DNA of 64,000 nucleotides from the human T2T-CHM13v2.0 reference genome, Homo sapiens: the NCBI RefSeq assembly GCF_009914755.1, contig NC_060931.1; one strand, 5' to 3'. Numbering within the stretch: the first letter of the stretch is position 1; each line of letters opens with the position of its first letter. This document shows positions 50,991 to 64,000 of the stretch, piece after piece. The notes below the pieces were generated by a model. The model worked only from the letters and a program-made list of their open reading frames with translations, was not told the DNA's origin and ran no database searches. A program made the position numbers and the translations under genes.

Positions 50991-51448
50991 TATCTATATG
51001 TAATTGTTGGCAAGACACTGAGAGGTTTATGCCAATGAATCTATTAACAGATCAGGGAGTTGGCCCAGAAAGGAGGTGGGAGTGAAGGGGCCCAGAAGGG
51101 AAGGTAACAATTCCTGACATAGTTTCTGGAGCCTACTGGTCCACAAGCTTCCCTTACTCAACCTACCCCTAATAAGAGTCTCTCTCGAGACAGGTGAGCT
51201 GCCACAGTCACCTGAGAATCATCATAAGCCATATGAAAGCTAACTCAGACTTTCATAGCCACTGATGACTTTTAAACATATTCCTATCTTTCTCTCATTG
51301 CATTTCCTTTGACTATGCACCCACACAGAGATGGCGCCTGGTTCTATAAACTGATGCATGGGGGGAATAAACTCACAGATGAATCTGTACCCCATGGAGG
51401 TTCCTGCAATGTTCTGATGCTGAGGCAGGACCAGGCTTGGCAGATTGG

Positions 51449-51830
51449 TGTTATGGGTTAAATTTCTCCACTTCAGACTTCATATGTTGATGTCTTAATC
51501 CCTAGTACCCGAGAATATAAGCACATTTGGAGAGAAAGTCTTTGAAGAGGTGACTAAGTTAAAATGAGGCCATTAGGATGGGGCCCTAATCCAATAGGAT
51601 AGGTGTCCTTAAGAAAAGGAAGGGACGACAATGGCACAAGTCCAGAGGGTGGATCACATGAAGAGGCGGCAAGAGGGCAGCCATCTGCAAGCCAAGAAGG
51701 GGCCTCAGGAGAAACCAAACTTGCTGGCACCTTAATCTTGGACCTCCAGCTTCCAGAATCATGAGAAAATAAACTTTGGTTGTTGAACCCACCCAGGCTG
51801 TTTCATTTTGTTATGACAGCCCTATCATAC
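51449..51830 (+). mobile_element. MLT1A-like MaLR LTR
   Basis: TGTTATGG start; blocks AAGTTAAAATGAGGCCATTAGG, GCCATCTGCAAGCCAAG and GGACCTCCAGCTTCCAGAA; AATAAA near the end. Confidence 0.8.
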
Positions 51831-51951
51831 CAAGACCAATACCTAAAAACCATGCAAGTTCACTAGATCAGGGAGAAAAAGTATAGGATGGAGGCAGAGG
51901 CCTAGGTGCAGCTCGGATGCATCCTCCTCCTTGGGCTGTGTTTCAGAGCAG

Positions 51952-52876
<925 letters not shown>

Positions 52877-54078
52877 GCAAGGTCAAGGTGGGACAAATCT
52901 CCTAAACCCTGATAACTGGCAGTCTGCCTGCCCTGAAGTCCTGAAGCTGAAGTAGTCTACAAGTACACGGAGCAGGTGTGAGTAGCTGGTCTGAAAATGT
53001 ATGACTCCAGGTCATAGTCTGGGAGTGATCAACTCCTTTTATCAGCTTACTTTCTTGTTTCACCTCTTACCCAAAAAGTAATCTGATTACTGGTTCTAAT
53101 TAATGTATATGTCATGGCTGTTGTTCCAGAAAAGACAAGACCTTGGGGGTGAATGGACTATGGCAAAGTGAGGTCGCTGTTAGCAGACTCCCAAAGGTTT
53201 GACGAAATTACACAGACCATCTGGCTCAGTGCTGCCTTTGGCTGGGAATTCACTGGTCTCTAGGTTCTGCCTGGGTGCCTTGGTCTTCCCGGAGTGTAGG
53301 GTGGACAGAACCACTCCCCTGGGGCCAAGAGAGAAGGAGTGGGCTCACAAATGCTCACTGCTGCTAAGGTGCCCAGCTGCCCCGGATCAATTAAGTTTAA
53401 ACAGCAGCTATGTCACTGGGGCTGGGGTGGAGGGAAGAATCAAAGTGAGGAAGGAGGGTGTTTCTAAGATATTGGCAGGCCAATGTCTGGAGGGCCTGGG
53501 AGGGGCAACGTGCTCTAGGAGACAGAGCTGAAAGGCCTTTACTTTCCCAAGGATGGCAGGGTGGGAGGGTTTAGCTCATTCAAATGCAAAAGCCTTTCAG
53601 TATTTACTGCCACTCCTCCCAGCTCCAACATAAAGGCCTATAGGTTCTCTTCACATCTTTCCATTCACTTGGGCTGTGGGGGTGATTGACACAGCTGGGG
53701 GCAGCCCCCATAATCATTCCTAGCTGAGATGCATACAAACCAACACACACCTCAAGCTTGACACCTTACAAAGGTGGGCCTAAAGTCCTCCCGGTCCCAA
53801 CCAGACATACGGAGGAGGCACGGGGAAGTGGAACAGAGGCCCCACACACAGGGGCAGATTTGAATCAAATTAGAACAAAGAGTCCCTTAGCATCGTGTCA
53901 TAGCCAGTTAGCCCAGAGCAAATGGGGGCATGAGGAGGCGAAGGTCCGATGGATCATGTCCGAGCCCGAGTTTTAGCTTCTCAGCTCCCCTGTATGAGCC
54001 AGGCCCCAAAGCCAGGCTTTTCCTACTAGGACCAAAGGGCTGGACTTGGCCCCCACCAGCTCAGTGGGGCCAGTGTGA

Positions 54079-54481
<403 letters not shown>

Positions 54482-55720
54482 TGAATGAGAGAAACATGGA
54501 GGAGAAAAGAAAGCCTCTCTTGGCAGCACTCAGCAGTTAGAACTATGTCAAGCCTCATCCTAATGGTCACATTTACCACCTTGGAAATTTCCGTTTTCAC
54601 TGTCCGTTCTCATTCATGTGATGCTGGGGGTGGGGTTGGACCCATCTGTGTGGGACTCAAGGTCTTGGATCTAAGCAGACCCGCTCCTCAGAAGGCCTTC
54701 CGTGAGGCCTAAATGATGTTTGTCGTCTTCTCCTTCTTTTGCGATTTGTTTAGTTTAAAATATTTAACCCGAGGCACAATGAAGTGTCTCATTTACAAGG
54801 TTCTCCCGGACCATTAGACTGGGACTCCACATTCATTATGCTGATGAACGCGCTACTTACTCATGCAAATTCCAAGAGCGGCAGACTCAGAGATGGGAGG
54901 TGCTCAAGGTACGATATCAAGGGCTGATTTAATTACACAGCCATTCAGTGGGACAAGCACGGCAATTTTTAGCCAACTGTTCTAGTAAATATTACGGGAA
55001 ACCCTTTTATAGAGTGCTAATTCCGGCTTAGTGTTTTCGCTAAGCTTTAGTTCTTACTCAAACATGCACACGGGCCCCCAAAGATGCTACCACCAGGCCA
55101 GAAAATCACACAGATAAAGCATGAGCCCATATGCCATCTTGCAGTCAATCATCCTTTTAAAAATGTTATAAATGTCTGCATATCACTGTCATTTAGGTGG
55201 GGACAAACTAAGGTCCAGTAACTTCCCTGTGTCTGTTCTTCCTCCGTCCCCCTCCCCCGTGACTCTGAGTCCTGCAGACCAGCCCTTGGGCATGTTTTGG
55301 GTCACCAAATGCCACTGCTCCCAGGAGTTTGACAAAACAACCGCTGTAAACTCATTTCAGACGTTTGAAACAATACCCAATCACTGCATCCACCCTCGAG
55401 GAGCGCCCCAGAGGAAATGGCATCATTACTTTCATTTTACTCCGTTTGTGAACGACTAAAGGAAAACAACACGTCCTAGGACTCTCGGGAACGTTATTAA
55501 GTGACCCCTAAGAAATTAATCATCAAGAGCTACAATAACCCTCTGCTGCACATACACCGCCGTTTCTCTAAGTGGAGAAACAAATTTCACTTTCCACAGT
55601 TGGAACAGAAACTCTTATGCATCCCCGTTTCTTCAAAAAAAAGTCTATAAATAACCTAGGATCAGCAAAATTATGCAAAACATCCTGCTAGAAGAAGAAA
55701 TGTAAACTAAAACCACTTAC

Positions 55721-56140
55721 AGAGAGACTCAGGCTGCCAACTTAATCTGATGCTACGACGACTGTAAACATGTTGTACTTTTGGAACCTGAAGCGATCCA
55801 CATTAGCACGGATGTCAGTAAAAAAAAAAAAAGAAAAAAAAAAAGAGAGAGAGAGAGAAAGAAAAAGGAGGGAAAAAAATCGCAACGACTAAACAACAAC
55901 AAAAGCCCAGCCCCAAACAGAGCAACGTGATACGGTATTCTGCACGGTGCACAGCCCGACGGCTGACCAGCTGCAGTCAATACCAGCTATCCGCGCTTGC
56001 ACACGCCAACTGTTTTGACTACACGCACTTGTTAAACACGGAGTTTCAGGTCCTACCAGTTGGACACCAGAAGTTCATAGAACTGACCCAGTGCCAAGAA
56101 CAACAAGCACAGAAAGCGAACCGGCTGCCTCGTGCGGGTG
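55721..56140 (-). promoter_or_regulatory. ATXN7L1: Candidate internal promoter and alternative first exon B of ATXN7L1 (5' limit approximate)
   Basis: CpG-retaining, repeat-free patch with a long pyrimidine tract on the minus strand. Consensus donor GTCTCTCT|gtaagt, intron starting at 55720. Confidence 0.6.
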
Positions 56141-56495
56141 TTTTTGTTAACTGTTTATGCAAGCCCCAAAGCAATTGGGTAACAATTACGAATAAAAAAG
56201 AACTTAAATTACAAAAGCAAAAGATTACCACCTTGAAGGAAATGTAGATATTGGCAGCTGAAGGACAGACGTCATGCTACTTTATTGGTGGGGTGGGTGG
56301 GTAGTTTTCAGAGAGAACTGGTTGGGGGAGGGGGAGGTGTCACATGACACACTGCGGTTATTAGCAGAAGGAACTGGGTGCTTCCTCGAAGCATCTTTTA
56401 GAGATTGACTTAGATTTTGCAAATGTGGAGGCTTTGCTGCACATGTGTGGGTGATGGCAGGAGCACTAGAATTTGTCAGTTGGTAAATCCCATAG

Positions 56496-58540
<2,045 letters not shown>

Positions 58541-59059
58541 TGAGTCTTCAATCAGCCCTGTCCTTGGGGTCAGCAACTGTTAAAGTAGCCCCAGGATTTC
58601 TGTGGGTTAAAACCCCACAGTTTATGTCTCTTTCATGCACATTACATTATTTGATCCTGTGAGGTGGGAAGGGCGGCTATTATTACCCCCATTATGAAGG
58701 AGGGAAACAGGGTTCAGAGAAACCTGTGACTTTCCCAAGTTACACACCCAGGAAAGCTTTCTGATGTCCAATCCTGGGTCTCAGCCTCATGGCCGATAAT
58801 GTACGCTGGTGTGCAGCTTCATTATTCACAAAGCAGCTTAAAAGGGGCAGACTTTATTATTCCCATTTTCACAGACAAGTAAACTGGGATTTGGAGAGGC
58901 TATGTGATTTGGCCAGGGCCACACTGCAAACCACAAACAGCCCTAGGTCTTCCAACTCCTGGCCCGGCCCTCCTTGCTTCCCTCTATGGCGCTTCCAGAG
59001 AAAACAATGATAAAACTAAAAAGGCCAATGGAGTTGTTTGACTCTAAAAGCACAACCTC

Positions 59060-59562
<503 letters not shown>

Positions 59563-60987
59563 TCATAGTGAATGTGCCTAACACAGAAGGGTTCCTTTCC
59601 ACAGTGTGGGGGGAGCTTCGGACATCTGCACTCCAGAGCTACTATTTCAATGGAAAACAATCGTCTTGATCCAGTTTGCACCCCATCCTTTGATTTGATC
59701 AGTTCACCTAAATGCCAACCCCTGGTTCCTTACCAAATACTAGTCTAAGTTGCAGCGAAGTGGAATGTCCCAGCAGGCCTGACAGCTGTACATTATGAAG
59801 CTTGTATATCCACGGTGCACCACTGCACATGTAGAGGGGATCTAGCTTAGCACATGGTTTGGGGGATCGCTTCTCTAAAAGGTGTTTCAAAGTTAGGCCT
59901 TTGCTGAGTTCTTTGCAACAGAGGTCACTGAAAATATTGGACCAAATGTAGGTTTCCACTGTCATGTTCCTTTGCCCATGCCAAATGGACACACGCACAG
60001 CTTAATCTGGCCTGATACTACTTTTATGTGATACAGGCTGAGCAGGTTCACTGCAGGCGTTGGGCATTTGCTCTGAGGGACAGGGTGGTGGGTTACTGCA
60101 GATGGCCAGGAGGTTTGCAGGTAGGGATGAATAGAGGTGTTTGTCAGGAAGTGAAGGCTTGGGGGGCCAAGATCAAAGATATTGAATGTAGAATGCAGAG
60201 GGGAGCCTGTCAGGAGCTGATGGTTAGGAAGTTACAGAACGTTCTGCCACGCCCTTATAAATCTGCCTGTCACACTTCTTTCTCCCTGAAAGTACAACAC
60301 AAGAAAACATACACCCGAAGGTCAGGGAAGTTGGGTGTCAAGGTGGACTTCACGTTGACTGTTATGAAGGTCATGAAGACTAATGAAATCTATGTGCTCC
60401 TGTTGACTGGAAATGCTCTGCAGCTTGGCGGGAGGTATATGTAGTGCTTCCCACTGCTAGTGAATACTCACTCTCAAGGGGGTTTCTTCAGGTGGTTTTG
60501 GTAACCAGAGGACATTTGCATCCATGCTGCCTGAAAGAATATGGGTGCTAGGTGAATCAGAACAGTCTTGGCACGGAAACTCGTTTGCTTGCAAGACATA
60601 AAGTGAGGAGAATATTTCCACGTAACATGTGACTTCTTTGATCATAGAGCCCCACCCATCCACCCCCACTTTTTTTAAGCCAAAAAAGAAGGACCCATGA
60701 TTTGACAAGCATTGGCATAATAAGGAAAGACAGGGTAGGCTATTTAAAATCAGAACTTCTGAAAGTCCATGAGGCCTAGCCACTGAACTTGTAATATCAC
60801 ATTAAAATGCGCTAATGGAGAGATGTGGAATATTAGCAGGAATCTGTTGTAATTAGTACTGGCATGCTTAACCAAAGCAGTTCCACCACAAACCAGACAA
60901 ACGCTGTTTTGCTAATGCAGACAGAGAAGGGAGTTTGGAAAATGCTGGAGAGCTCAGTACATCCACCCCACGGAGGATGAAGCTGGG

Positions 60988-62059
60988 TAATGGGGGACCT
61001 GCCCCGAAAATCACGTAGGTTCTTTTCTATTTTCCTAAGTGTCGGCCAGCTTGAGAAATAAAAGGACAGAGTACAAAAGAGAGAAATTTTAAAGCTGGGC
61101 GTCCGGGGGAGACATCACACGTTGGTAGGATCCGTGATGCCCCACACGCCACAAAAACCAGCAAGTTTTTATTAGGGATTTTCAAAAGGGGAGGGACTGT
61201 GCGAATAGGTGTGGGTGACAGACATCAAGTACTTAACAGGGTAATAGAATATCACAAGACAAGTGGAGGCAGGGCGAGATCACAGGACCACAGGACCGAG
61301 GCAAAATTAAAATTGCTAATGAAGTTTCGGGCACTATTGTCATTGATAACATCTTATCAGGAGACAGGGTTTTGAGATCAACCGGTCTGACCAAAATTTA
61401 TTAGGTGGGAATTTCCTCTTCCTAATAAGCCTGGGAGCGCTATGGGAGACTGGAGTCTATCTCACCGCTGCAATCTCGACCATAAGAGACAGGTACGCCC
61501 CAGAGGGGCCAGTTCAGAGACCTACCCCCCTAGGTGCACGTTCTCTTTCTCAGGAACGTTCCATGCTGAGAAAAAGAATTCAGCGATATTTCTCCCATTT
61601 GCTTTTGAAAGAAGATAAATATGGCTCTGTTCCGCCCGGCTCACCTGCGGTCAGAGTTTAAGGTTATCTCTCTTACTCTCTGAACAATTGCTGTTATCCT
61701 GTTCTTTTTTCAAGGTGCCCACATTTCATATTGCTCAAACACACATGCTATACAATTTGTGCAGTTAATGCAATTATTACAGGGTCCTGAGGCGACATAC
61801 ATCCTTCTCGGCTGACAGGATTAAGAGATTAAAGCAAAGACAGGCATAGGAAATCACAAGGGTATTGATTGGGGAAGTGATAAGTGTCCATGAAATCTTC
61901 ACAACTTACGTTTAGAGATTGCAGTAAAGACAGGCATAAGAAATTACAAAAGTATTAATTTGGGGAAGTAATAAATGTCCATAAAATCTTCACAATCCAC
62001 GTTCTTCTGTCATGGCTTCAGCCGGTCCCTCTGTTTGGGGTCCCTGACTTCCTGCAACA
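60988..62059 (-). mobile_element. MER11 (probably MER11C) solo LTR, ERVK/HML-8 group
   Basis: Minus strand starts TGTTGCAGGAAGTCAGGGACCCCAAAC and has the internal MER11 repeat (GTGAAGATTT...TTCCCCAA). Length 1072 bp. 6-bp TSD GCTGGG (60982-60987 and 62060-62065). Confidence 0.88.
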
Positions 62060-62564
62060 GCTGGGGCCCTGTGCCCATGCCCTGGATGTTTATACTCCTC
62101 CGAGCGAAGGCAGCCGCCTGACTCCATATGTGGAAGAGGAAGCTGGGCAGGGACGAGCACTGTCTTTATACATGGTCTGGACATGTGGAAAGCTGGCCAA
62201 GAAGAGGATGGAGCCAACACAGGATGGAGACTGAGCTTTTGGGAGATACAGAGGCAAGGAAAGCATGTTGGTAGCTGTGGGGGCTATTGGTTGCAGGCTT
62301 GGCTTCAATGCTTGGGCTCTAGTGCCTGACATTGCCATGCAGACTTCCCAGTCGTGTCCGCACTCAGCTCAACACGCCTCACTTGTGCCCTGTTACCTGG
62401 ATTCACAGGGACTAAGCCAGTCTTGCCTGATCATACCTGCAACTAGATTTTGGCTTAATCCTTTGTGATGTGGACCCACAAACCAAGACATTGTAACTGA
62501 TGTCACAATGTCAGTTTTGCATCGATGGGGCTACATATGCTAGATTTTTCTTTTTTAAAAATAA

Positions 62565-63640
<1,076 letters not shown>

Positions 63641-64000
63641 TAAGTGGTATACTTTGAATGTTACTTGATCCTTTTTTGATAACTCAAAGTCACTGTTACA
63701 AGCATTAATTGCTATAAAATTATGACTTTAGAGCCTACGACTGCAGCTGTCAAACTTTTTGACCCTAATTTACCTTAAGAAATGAATTTTACAGTGCAAC
63801 CTAGTATTGCAGATATGTAGATGAGACACAAGTTCCCAAAGATAATACTTATCTTCACTACCTAAAAAGCACTGTGATCTCTTGTCTTCTGTTGTTTAAA
63901 ATGTTGGTCAGGATTCACTAAACCATGATGATTGCCCCATCATCATGGGTGGTGCCTATGGTTTGCAAACACTGAGAAAGAATGCAAGGACTTTCAGCTT

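Noticed and set aside
55721-55787. 67-nt internal cassette exon using cgcttcag|
   Set aside because: It would shift the frame, and the pyrimidine tract is separated from the AG. A first-exon reading fits better, though I cannot exclude this one.
59640-60450. Unique-looking segment with 96-aa and 138-aa ORFs, possible pseudogene
   Set aside because: No parent protein, poly-A or TSD recognised. Needs a BLASTX/Dfam search.

Overview
Primate genomic DNA, most likely human (it carries a diagnostic AluYa5), from inside the ATXN7L1 gene (ataxin-7-like 1, a SAGA subunit paralogue of ATXN7), transcribed on the minus strand. Four coding exons are present: 29458-29236, 7288-7005, 3737-3655 and 2778-2522 (exons 4-7 by my recollection of the full-length model). 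All have canonical AG/GT ends, join in frame, and encode ERRHGSMCRP...SVLPR including the SCA7 zinc-finger domain. The rest is intron: about 40 Alus, L1M/L2/L3/MIR relics, DNA transposons, three LTRs and microsatellites. Almost all ORFs in the supplied track are Alu or simple-repeat artefacts. The most interesting signal is two CpG-retaining candidate internal first exons (donors after 43209 and 55721). Both end in T, so splicing to exon 4 (which starts AG) creates an in-frame UAG. For the 43.2-kb exon this gives a splice-created AUG-UAG start-stop element 15 nt upstream of the exon-4 Met. That predicts isoforms lacking the N-terminal DUB-module-binding zinc finger. Several repair or retrotransposition scars are also readable. 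I see no evidence of a wholly new gene system. The findings are hypotheses, and repeat subfamily names come from memory of consensus sequences.
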